NCBI GenBank assembly: GCA_002269645.1
Contig: NIVC01001550.1
Location: 62,001 to 126,000 of the forward strand
DNA: 64,000 bases
Source: Macrostomum lignano
Lineage: Eukaryota
Reading direction: 5' to 3'
Shown piece after piece: positions 1 through 11,800 of the stretch. Below the pieces are notes generated by a model, which had not been told where the DNA came from, did not search any database, and saw only the letters and a program-made list of their open reading frames with translations. Within the stretch, counting starts at the first letter, position 1; each line of letters opens with the position of its first letter. A program made the position numbers and the translations under genes.

Positions 1-716
1 TGATTCATGGCGATTCTCATTGATGATTCACGGGCGATTCTTATTGATGATTCACGGCGATTCTCATCGATGATTCACGGCGATTCTCACTGATGATTCA
101 CGGCGATTCTCACTGATGATTCACGGGCGATTCTCACTGATGATTCACGGGCGATTCTCATTGATGATTCACGGGCGATTCTCATTGATGATTCACGGGC
201 GATTCTCATTGATGATTCATGGCGATTCTCATTGATGATTCACGGGCGATTCTTATTGATGATTCACGGCGATTCTCATCGATGATTCACGGCGATTCTC
301 ACTGATGATTCACGGGCGATTCTTATTGATGATTCACGGCGATTCTCATCGATGATTCACGGCGATTCTCACTGATGATTCACGGCGATTCTCACTGATG
401 ATTCACGGGCGATTCTTATTGATGATTCACGGCGATTCTCATTGATGATTCACGGGCGATTCTCATTGATGATTCACGGGCGATTCTCATTGATGATTCA
501 CGGTGATTCTCATTGGTGATTCACGGGCGATTCTCATCGATGATTCACGGCGATTCTCACTGATGATTCACGGCGATTCTCACTGATGATTCACGGGCGA
601 TTCTTATTGATGATTCACGGCGATTCTCATTGATGATTCACGGGCGATTCTCATTGATGATTCACGGTGATTCTCATTGGTGATTCACGGGCGATTCTCA
701 TTGATGATTCACGGGC
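1..716 (+). repeat. 21-22 bp minisatellite (runs off the window start)
   Basis: GATTCTCATTGATGATTCAC(G)GGC in tandem. Confidence 0.97.
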
Positions 717-1185
717 ACTTTGCACTTTAAAGTGACGACTCCATTTCAAAGCAGCAAAGCTCATCTCAGTAGAAGTGTCTCAAAGTCGTCTCTTTCGTCA
801 CAGGAAAAAACGCCTCAGAAAAATCACCCCAGGCAGTACAAACGTACTTTTCTGAGCGTAATGATTAATTCCGAATGCCAGGACAAACAAGATTAAAAGC
901 GACACAGGGAATTAAAATCGGATAGAGCAGTCCTTAGACTCTCTGTGACCGGGGTTGGGCCAGTGAGACTGTCTGTTTGTTGCAGAAGGAATCTCCCGCT
1001 TGGCTGACTCCTGCCTGTCAGACTGAAATTGAGCTGCCCTGCCCCGCTACTCAAAGCTTTTTGACAGAAAGCCAACAGGAAGGAGTTGATGGAAGGTTAT
1101 GCAAAAATAGCCAGCATCATTCAATTGATGCTGAAGCAGAGTCAAATATGTGCATACCTTTATTCGTTATAAATTTGTAAACTCA

Positions 1186-1600
1186 GTACTATCTGTTAGA
1201 CACAGGTGCTTTCTGTTAGACACAGGTGCTTTCTGTTAGACACAGGTACTATCTGTTAGACACAGGTGCTTTCTGTTAGACACAGGTGCTTTCTGTTAGA
1301 CACAGGTGCTTTCTGTTAGACACAGGTGCTAGCTGTTAGACACAGGTGCTAGCTAGCTGTTAGACACAGATGCTAGCTAGCTGTTAGACACAGTTGCTAG
1401 CTGTTAGACAAAGGTGCTAGCTAGCTGTTAGACACAGGTGCTAGCTGTTAGACTAAGGTGCTAGCTAGCTGTTAGACACAGGTGCTAGCTGTTAGACAAA
1501 GGTGCTAGCTAGCTGTTAGACACAGGTGCTAGCTGTTAGACTAAGGTGCTAGCTAGCTGTTAGACACAGATGTCATCTGCTAGACTTGTTAGACACAAAC
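1186..1600 (+). repeat. 20-24 bp minisatellite
   Basis: CTGTTAGACACAGGTGCT(TT/AG) in tandem. Confidence 0.95.
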
Positions 1601-1619
1601 AGATGGCTGTTAGACTTTG

Positions 1620-1795
1620 GTTTACCACACATTTCAATAAACGGGATGTTTACCGCACATTTTAATAAACGGGATGTTTACCGCACATTTCAATAAACGG
1701 GATGTTTACCGCACATTTTAATAAACGGGATGTTTACCGCACATTTTAATAAACGGGATGTTTACCGCACATTTCAATAAACAGGATGTTTACCT
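1620..1795 (+). repeat. 28 bp minisatellite
   Basis: TTTACCGCACATTTCAATAAACGGGATG, about 6 copies. Confidence 0.95.
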
Positions 1796-2339
1796 TCTGT
1801 ATCGGCCCTTAATCTTCACGTATTTCTGAAGAATTCCAATATGCCATTATGAGCTAAGACTGTCGAAAAGAAGCATTAATCCCAAGATGCTGATGATAAC
1901 AGATCAGAGAGATTAAGCGGCAAAGCAAAAAAATACAATTAAAATGAGCCCCGAGCCACTTCAAAGACAGATGCATTCATTGATCCAGCAATATGCAGAA
2001 ATATGGGGCTATTATTTTACGCCTTCAAACGGGATCAGAGATTCGAAAATCCCTCCCAGAAAGCCCCTCCCCCCCAGGCATTCGATCCGCGGCTCCACGG
2101 GGGCGAGGGGACACAAAGAAAATTCTGCTAACATAAATCCTCGCATAAAGATGCCAGACTGCCTCATATCAGTCTGGCAAAAGCAGGGCTCATATTGGCC
2201 GAAGGTATTATCAAAAACAATTTATGAATGGCTTCTCACAGTTGGCAGTAGGCAGCATCATTTCGATGATTTTTATTGATGATTAGGTTGGAATACAGCG
2301 AGGTTAATGAGCTGCAGATACAGACAGTTTGACATTTGG

Positions 2340-2845
2340 GAGACTTACATGCAGACAGGATCAGGGATTTTAGACACGCTTACATACCAACAATCTGGAA
2401 TAAAGGACAAGCTTACATGCCAACAATCTGGAATGAAGGACAGGCTTACATGCCAACAATCTGGAATGAAGGACAGGCTAACATGCCAACAATCTGGAAT
2501 GAAGGACAGGTTAACATGCCAACAATCTGGAATGAAGGACAGGCTTACATGCCAACAATCTGGAATGATCGAAGGACAGGCTTACATGCCAACAATCTGG
2601 AATAAAGGACAGGCTTACATGCCAACAATCTGGAATAAAGGACAGGCTTACATGCCAACAATCTGAAATGAAGGAAAAGCTTACATGCCAACAATCTGGA
2701 ATGAAGGACAGGCTTACATGCCAACAATCTGGAATAAAGGACAGGCTTACATGCCAACAATGTGGAATGATCGAGGGACTGGCTTACATGCCAACAATCT
2801 GGAATGAAGGACAGGCTTACATGCCAACAATCTGGAATGAAGGAA
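2340..2845 (+). repeat. 33 bp minisatellite
   Basis: CTTACATGCCAACAATCTGGAATGAAGGACAGG. Confidence 0.95.
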
Positions 2846-3402
2846 GTCTTACACACAGATAGACACGAAAAGCAACGCAATCCACAAAGTGCAAGCAGGA
2901 TGACGAGGATTTTATCTCAAAACTGTAGCCAAATCCCAAGGCAGATCACTAAAAATCATCTAAACTTGTTGCATTTCGTCCCAAATGCTTTTAAGCTCTG
3001 CTAATTGATGTCGCCCCGAGAGTTGCTACAAATGATGGTCATACAGCTGAACCTTCGCTGATTGAATCGCGAAAGCTTATTGCGCTACTATAAGTAGTAA
3101 TCATCTGATTTATAAACTGTCGTTAATTTCCACTTGCTGCTTTTCTACTCGACGCGATCAAAGAAAAAATGACGAAGCAAAACCTCAAGCCGGCGATATT
3201 TCTTACAATTAAGTAAAGACTCGAAAAACTAAAAGATGACAAAGTGTATTTTATTATCTTCAGAAAAAACTGTTTTTAATAATTTAGAGTAGCCGTAGAA
3301 CATGTACTTGAACATTAGACAGTATGATGACTTTCAACTTTTAAATCGTAATAAAACCGACAAAAATATTAATATCTATTGTGAATTGAAAATTGCTTAA
3401 TT

Positions 3403-3785
3403 GTCTAATTAGAGGGGAATCTTTCCAACAGGTGATACCAGTGCTAATTACAGGGGAATCTTTCCAACAGGTGATACCAGTGTCTAATTAGAGGGGAATC
3501 TTTCCAACAGGTGATACCAGTGTCTAATTAGAGGGGAATCTTTCCAACAGGTGATACCAGTGTCTAATTAGAGGGGAATCTTTTCAACAGGTAACACCAG
3601 TGCTTAATTAGAGGGGAATCTTTCCAACAGGTGATACCAGTGTCTAATTAGAGGGGAATCTTTCCAACAGGTGATACCAGTGTCTAATTAGAGGGGAATC
3701 TTTCCAACAGGTGATACCAGTGTCTAATTAAAGGGGAATCTTTTCAACAGGTGATACCACTTTTAAACTTTCTAATTAGAGGGGA
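3403..3785 (+). repeat. 40 bp minisatellite
   Basis: CTAATTAGAGGGGAATCTTTCCAACAGGTGATACCAGTGT. Confidence 0.95.
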
Positions 3786-4349
3786 AGAACAACCAGATTA
3801 CCGATAATCCATTCGAAAATCATGTAATTAAAACATGTTAATATTCAGTGGATCGTTGAAAGAAAATAATTTATAAACAGATATTATCATACATATATCG
3901 AGCGAAATTACGACTACTCCTAAATGATTTGGCTTGGGTAAAATAACAATCATTATTTAGCACACGCTGAAGAAAACGAAAAATGAGCAAATTAATAATT
4001 TAATAATTAATTCGCTTGAAGGACAATTTAAGCTGGGGCGAACACCAAAATCAAAACAACAACAAAAAGTAACTTTTTTTGGGAGGTTGTTTATGAAAGG
4101 CATTTTGAACGGCAAAATATACGGAGGCTATAGCAATGTACTTTTGTACACACACAGACACACACAAGCTCGTGCAAGCACAGACCAAATATGACAATAA
4201 TTATTAATACACTGTATGGCGCAATATCTTTGAATGAATACCTGACTGAACAAGCAGAGCTTGCAATGGCAAATGACTTTGTATTTAATAAATAATTAAT
4301 CAAAATATACCTAATTCTTATTGTATGGCTATTTACCGCAATCATTAGC

Positions 4350-5260
4350 TCAGATCACTCATCTGTGACCTCAGCTGACCTCTGTCACATTCACTCATCT
4401 GTGACCTCAGCTGACCTCTGTCACATTCACTCATCTGTGACCTCAGCTGACCCCTGTCACATTCACTCATCTGTGACCTCAGCTGACCCCTGTCACATTC
4501 ACTCATCTGTGGCCTCAGCTGACCTGTCACATTCACTCATCTGTGGCCTCAGCTGACCTGTCACATTCACTCATCTGTGGCCTCAGCTGACCTGTCACAT
4601 TCACTCATCTGTGGCCTCAGCTGACCCCTGTCACATTCACTCATCTGTGACCTCAGCTGACCTCTGTCACATTCACTCATCTGTGACCTCAGCTGACCTC
4701 TGTAACATTCACTCATCTGTGACCTCAGCTGACCTCTGTCACATTCACTCATCTGTGGCCTCAGCTGACCTGTCACATTCACTCATCTGTGACCTCAGCT
4801 GACCCCTGTCACATTCACTCAGGTGACCTCTGTCACATTCACTTATGTGACCTCAGCTGACCCCTGTCACATTCACTCATCTGTGACCTCAGCTGACCCC
4901 TGTCACATTCACTCAGGTGACCTCTGTCACATTCACTCATCTGTGGCCTCAGCTGACCTGTCACATTCACTCATCTGTGACCTCAGCTGACCCCTGTCAT
5001 ATTCACTCAGGTGACCTGTCACATTCACTCATCTGTGACCTCAGCTGACCCCTGTCACATTCACTCAGGTGACCTCTGTCACATTCACTCATCTGTGACT
5101 TCAGCTGACCACTGTCACATTCACTCATCTGTGACCTCAGCTGACCTTTGTCACATTCACTCATCTGTGACCTCAGCTGATCTCTGTCACATTCACTCAT
5201 CTGTGACCTCAGCTGACCTCTGTCACATTCACTCATCTGTGACCTCAGCTGACCCTGACC
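4350..5260 (+). repeat. 34-36 bp minisatellite
   Basis: TCACATTCACTCATCTGTGACCTCAGCTGACCTCTG. Confidence 0.95.
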
Positions 5261-5808
5261 CCTTGGAGTGACCATGCTATAGACAACAAGAATGGATGAA
5301 TAGCTAAAACGGCAAATACTGCATCGAATAAAATTTCACCAAAGCACACACGACAGCCAATAGTGGCAATTTCTTCTCCAAAAATATTTACAATTAACAA
5401 ATAAAATAATTAGTTAATTATCTTTAAGTCCGTTCATTCGCGAACCGACACGACTGGCAAAAGATAGAATCAGTGACAGTTAATTAGCAAATGTTAATTA
5501 GATTAGCTCATTATAAAGACTGAAAGCAGAAACTTGTCTGCAAATCGCATTACTAAAGCAGGACAACTGGCTGAACAAAAGCAAGGGAAACGCAACAACC
5601 AAGTTTTTTTAAAGTATGCATTATTTATATAGATTTTTTGGATGACTATATCTTTTTTTCAAGAAAAAACATACGCAAATAAAATGTACAAGCTATTATC
5701 AGTTGAAATTTGTTGCTGTCAATCAATCAATAAATCAAAGCAAAGCAGAAAATGATTAATCAAAAACCAGAAGCCAGATTTGCAATCAGAATCAGGCAAA
5801 CAGACACC

Positions 5809-8800
5809 TCAGCCCGTCGGGGCGCTAGTGGCATAATTGGCCAGCGGGGGGTTGCTGGCGCCCGCCTTGGCTGGGGCGGCGGCGGCGGCGGCGGCTGGCG
5901 ACGCGCCGGCAGCGACGGCACCTTCTGATTCGCTCAGACAGCGAGAGTTGCTGCTCCGCTTGCGCACAAAGAATCCATGCGGAGGGACGAACTGCAGAGG
6001 ATCAGGGTAGGGTGGGGTGTACAGCGACCCTGACTCGTTAATCGTCAGACCAATTTTGGTGCACAAGACCCAAATTTACACGGCTTAGCACGGAATCAAA
6101 CCAGGGGGTGGTGGCGCGAGAGCCAGACACGTTCACCGCTGAGCTGCTCCGCCCCCGCATGCAAAGGCAGGAAATTACACAGGGCATTGGGATAGCAGGG
6201 GATAACACAGATAGTCGGAGGATTGTGACACATGATTATGGTAGGGATTAGCACACAGATGATTAGGAATCAATTGATTGGGATGGATTAGCACACAAGG
6301 AACTCAGAAGAGGATTAACGAACAAGTGTTTAGGAAAGTAAATTTAGCGCAAAGATGATTAGGAACGGATTAGCACACAACGGTTAAGGAAGGGGATTAG
6401 CACACAACGGATTAGGAAGGGGGATTAGCACACAACGGATTAGGGAGTGGGATTAGCACACAACGGATTAGGGAGTGGGATTAGCACACAACGGATTAGG
6501 AAGGGGGATTAGCACACAACGGATTAGGGAGTGGGATTAGCACACAACGGTTAAGGAAGGGGGATTAGCACACAACGGATTAGGGAGTGGGATTAGCACA
6601 CAACGGATAGGGAGTGGGATTAGCACACAACGGATTAGGAAGGAGGATTAGCACACAACGGATTAGGGAGTGGGATTAGCACACAACGGATAGGGAGTGG
6701 GATTAGCACACAACGGATAGGGAGTGGGATTAGCACACAACGGATTAGGAAGGAGGATTAGCACACAACGGATTAGGGAGTGGGATTAGCACACAACGGA
6801 TAGGGAGTGGGATTAGCACACAACGGATAGGGAGTGGGATTAGCACACAACGGATTAGGGAGGGGGATTAGCACACAACGGATAGGGAGTGGGATTAGCA
6901 CACAACGGATAGGGAGTGGGATTAGCACACAACGGATTAGGGAGCTAGGGAATTAGCACACAATGGATTAGGAAGGGGATTAGCACACAATGGATTAGGG
7001 AGCTAGGGAATTAGCACACAACGGATTAGGGAGTGGGATTAGCACACAACGGATTAGGGAGCTAGGGAATTAGCACACAATGGATTAGGAAGGGGATTAG
7101 CACACAATGGATTAGGGAGCTAGGGAATTAGCACACAACGGATTAGGAAGGGGGATTAGCACACAATGGATTAGGGAGTGGGATTAGCACACAATGGATT
7201 AGGGAGCTAGGGAATTAGCACACAACGGATTAGGGAGGGGATTAGCACAGATGATTTGGGTGCAGAACAGTAAGTATAGTACAGAAACGCAGCAGAGCAG
7301 ACTCACATTTTCGCTGCGAAAGTCCTCAACCCGGGTGTACTTGGTGAGCGCCTCGCGCAGCACAGGATGAATGTCTAGCCCGGCTGGGTCAATGGTAGAA
7401 TAGCGGAACAGGGCCCAGAATTTCTCAAGGCCGTACAGATTTCCAGCCCGATAATCGGCCTGGGTGACCTCGTTGAAGTCGCGGAACAGGTCCTTGCGGA
7501 AGCGGCGCTCCAGTCCGTAGCTGTAGAAGCGGAACAGGCACTCGAGTCCGTAGCGATGCCCGTGCTCAGAGTCCTCCAGCGCTAGCCGTTTAAACTCGTT
7601 GTACATTTTCCAATTGAAATTGTCGCGCAGAAAGAACGACCAGAAACGGAATAGAGTGTTCATCTCCTGGGACTGGCCGGGGCCTTCGCGCTCGCGGTCT
7701 GCGATTGAGCGATAGCGTTGCGTTCTCATTTTGCTTGGGACTATGGACATCAGGTTCACTGGACTCGAATCACAGATTATGGTGCTAAACTTCAGATTAT
7801 GGACCTCAGAGCCTCAGGAGCTGAACCTTCAGATTATGAACTTCAAAGCCTCAGGAGCTGAACCATTAGATTATGGACTTCAGGGTCTCAGGAGCTGAAT
7901 CTTCAGGTCATGGACTTCAGGGTCTCAGGAGATGAACGTTCAGGTCATGGACTTCAGGGTCTCAGGAGATGAATGCTCAGGTCATGGACTTCAGGGTCTC
8001 AGGAGCTGAATCTTCAGGTCATGGACTTTAGGGTCTCAGGAGCTGAACCTTCAGATTATAGACTTCAGGGTCTCAGGAGCTGAACCTTCAGGTCATGGAA
8101 TTCAGAACCTCAGGAGCTGAACCTTCACATTATGGACTTGAGGGGCTCAGGAGGCGAACTTCAGAATATGGACATTTAGATTCATGGGGGCAGCCTACTA
8201 TAGTCAAGCACTTAATTAAGGAAATGAAAATTATCGTACCCTGCAAGCACCGCCTGTGGTAATGATTGTAGTCGACAAAATTGAATCCATGCTCTTGCAG
8301 CAGAGACTGCGACGGATGCGAAAATGCCATGCCAGATTGATGAGGCAGAGAGCCTGGCATGTTGCTGGGCAGGCTGGATGACAGCGAGTACTCGCTGCGG
8401 GTTAAAGTTGACAGCTTTTAGCGATTGAAATTTATGGGTAGTTTGGCGATTTCTCTGGGGCAGTTCAGGTGTGAATCTGTGGCCAGTTCAGGTGTGAATC
8501 TGTGGCCAGTTCAGGTGTGAATCTGTGGCCAGTTCAGGTGTGAATCTGTGGCCAGTTCAGGTGTGAATCTGTGGCCAGTTCAGGTGTGAATCTGTGGCCA
8601 GTTCAGGTGTGAATCTGTGGCCAGTTCAGGTGTGATTCTGGAGGCAGTTTAGAGATGATTCTAGGGGCAGTTCAGGGTGATTCTGGTGACAGTTCAGGAG
8701 TGATTCTGGAAACAGTTCAGGAGTGATTCTGGAAACAGTTCAGGAGTGATTCTGGAGGCAGTTTAGAGATGATTCTAGGGGCAGTTCAGGAGTGATTATG

Positions 8801-11800
8801 GAAACAGTTCAGGGGTGATTCTGGAAACAGTTCAGGAGTGATTCTGGAAACAGTTCAGGGGTGATTCTGGGGACAGTTCAGGGGTGATTCTGGAAACAGT
8901 TAAGGGGTGATTCTGAGGACAGTTTAGGGGTGATTCTGAGGGCAGTTCAGGGGTGATTCTGGGGACAGTTCAGGGGTGATTCTGGTGACAGTTCAGGGGT
9001 GATTCTGAGGGCAGTTCAGGGGTGATTCTGGGGACAGTTCAGGGATGATTCTGAGGGCAGTTCAGGGGTGATTCTGGTGACAGTTCAGGGGTGATTCTGA
9101 GGGCAGTTCAGGGTGATTCTGGTGACAGTTCAGGGGCAATTCTGAGAGCACGATCCTCACCCCAGAAACTCACGATTCTCACCCCAGAATCTCACGATTC
9201 TCACCCCAGAAACTCACGATTCTCACTCCAGAATCTCACGATTCTCACCCCAGAAACTCACGATTCTTACCCCTAGAATCTCACGATTCTCACTCCAGAA
9301 TCTCACGATTCTCACCCCAGAAACTCACGATTCTTACCCCCAGAATCTCACGATTCTTACCCCCAGAATCTCACGATTCTTACCCCCAGAATCTCACGAT
9401 TCTTACCCCCAGAATCTCACGATTCTCACCCCAGAACAAAAAGTCGCTGATAATTGCTGAAAAGAACAAAAAATCGCTCAGTTATTTAAAATCGCCCAGC
9501 GATTAAAATTCGCTGGGGTGACAACACTGAATCTGAGGGCAGTTCAGGGGCAATTCTGTGAACAGTTCAGGGGCGGTTCTGAGGGCAGCTCAGGGTCTAT
9601 ATCGGGGAAGTTCGATGGCGATAATCAGGGTAACTCAGGGGTACCACTGAAGTGGTAGTTCAGGTGATTCTACTGGTAACCATAGAAAGTACAAGGAATG
9701 ACTTTAAAAGCTTCATCAGCTACCTAAAGCTGCTACTAGTTGACGAAGTCCTGGACCGGGCGCGGTGCTCGCGAATGTCGAATAGATAACCGACACTCTG
9801 CTCAGCCAGTTGCTGCTGTTGCTGCTGCTGCTGATACCGACCGCCGCCTCCGCCTCCATAGGCGGGGTAAAACCTGCCGTACGGCGCCGCGCCGCCTTCG
9901 CCTCCGCCGCCGTCCTCGACACCGGCTGGCATCCCAGACGATGGCGCCGACTCCTCGGGCACCAGCCGGAGCCGCCTGCTATCACCGCCGCCACAGCCGT
10001 GACGCAGAATGGCCGCCTGATAGTCGGCGATGCCGTCACCAAGCCGCCTGGCCAGCTCGCGGGTCATCCGGCCGCCGCCGCCGCCTCCTCGCTGGTGCGG
10101 CGGACCCCGGCCCCGGCGGGACCCGGAGGCGGGCGCCACCACCAGCAGCCGGTTGATGTCGGCTTCGGACACCTCGTCCTCTGTAGTGGAGATCGCCCGC
10201 ACTCGGCTCCTGACTGGCTGCTGTTGCGCGGGCGCCGCCGGCTGCTGCGAATCGACAGGCTGGTCGGAGTCGAACTGGAAGTCGAAATCGTCCTGCTGAC
10301 TGGGCCGCCTGACGGACTGGCCGTCTTCTGTGATATTTTTATCGATTAGTTCGATTTATTCTCCACCAGTGTGTCTACGCGTGACTACTCTTATAACAGT
10401 AGTAGAATTTGCATATGCAAAGATAAAAGCGCGTAAATTTCGCAAAATTTATACTACTAACGTCTGGTCGCAAACAGTAGTGCAAGAATATATTTTCAGG
10501 GGGGTCAATGGGGGTCAGTTGACCCTACCCAACTATTTGAGGCTGATGACCCATTTTTCAATGCCTCATTCATTAAATTTTCAATCTGTTCGAAGTCAGC
10601 TTAGCCAAATATGAGCCGCAAGAATTTTTACAACGGCAGCTCAAAGCTAGATTAACCAACTTCTAAATAAGTTTTACTATTCGATGCCATGGAATGTGCA
10701 GTTAGTACTATTGGATTTTTTAACTAGCGACTGCACAATGGAAGCATCGTATTTAACATTAACTTGACTATGTATTAAACTGTAGGAGCAAGTCAAGCAA
10801 AAAACAGTTGAGTCGCTGTTTTTTTTAAGTGAACAGCGGCTTTTTTAAACTCCCAAGCAGCACTGTCCGATGCCATGGAATGTGCGGTCAGTATTATCAC
10901 AAGTGTTACTGGCGACCGCACAATGGAAGCATCGACCACACCCCAGGCCCTTTCAGTGACCTGTCCCTACCCTCCATCAGATTCTTCAGCGGCCTGCCGC
11001 TACCCTCTATCAGATCCTTCAGCGGCCTGCCCTACTCTCCATCAGATTCTTCAGCGGCCTGCCCTACCCTCTATCAGATCCTTCAGCGGCCTGCCCCTAT
11101 CCTCCAACAGATACTTCAGCGGCCTGCCGCTACCCTCCATCAGATCCTTCAGCGGCCTGCCCCTATCCTCCAACAGATCCTTCAGCGGCCTGCCCTACCC
11201 TCCAACAGGTACTTCAGCGGCCTGCCCCTATCTTCTCTTCTTAGAGATTCTTCAGCAGCTTTCTATACGCGTAGAACTTTATTCAAACGCAAAAGCAGCA
11301 ATAATCAGCAGTTTTATAGATAGGGCCTGTGTGCACCCTGGCGCACTTTAAGCGACATTGTCACACTACCGGAGGGAGGAATTACTGCCCATTCCGCCGA
11401 CTCCTCTGAGCAGGCACACAAGCGCGCGGATACGTACGCAGTCAAACGCACAGGCACACACTCACACAGGAGTGTACAGCGGCCTATACTTTTTTATCGC
11501 TAGGCATGTACACTTCACTGTGCCTTGGGGGGTTGGTCCTCAAGGCCGTTAATTGCACAAGCAGAGCCAAGCCGAGATTCCAATTTATGTGATTGCACTG
11601 TGGAATCGAGCCTGGGCCACTGGCACATCTGAGCGCCGTGCCAGACCACTGGGCTACGGCACCCCAGCAATGAGCAAAAGCAACATACTCACTAGAAGCA
11701 GCCGCTGGCTCGGCAGTTGGCACAAACTCCGGCGCGTCAATATTTAGCTGAGCATCGTCATCCTGCTGAGCCTTGACTTTGGCCGCGTCGATTGGCCAAC

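Noticed and set aside
6000-6190. Further H/ACA candidate in the last LARP1 intron
   Set aside because: The stem-to-ACA distance is only about 9 nt and there is no H box.
9655-9723. C/D snoRNA-like pattern (UGAUGA...CUGA with a GUAG/CUAC stem) on the LARP1 sense strand
   Set aside because: It overlaps the 5' splice site, its CUGA comes from the neighbouring repeat motif, and I found no rRNA complement.
9740-10349. Plus-strand ORFs over LARP1, and similar antisense ORFs over eIF2-gamma, LETM1 and DEG/ENaC exons
   Set aside because: Shadow frames of GC-rich coding exons.
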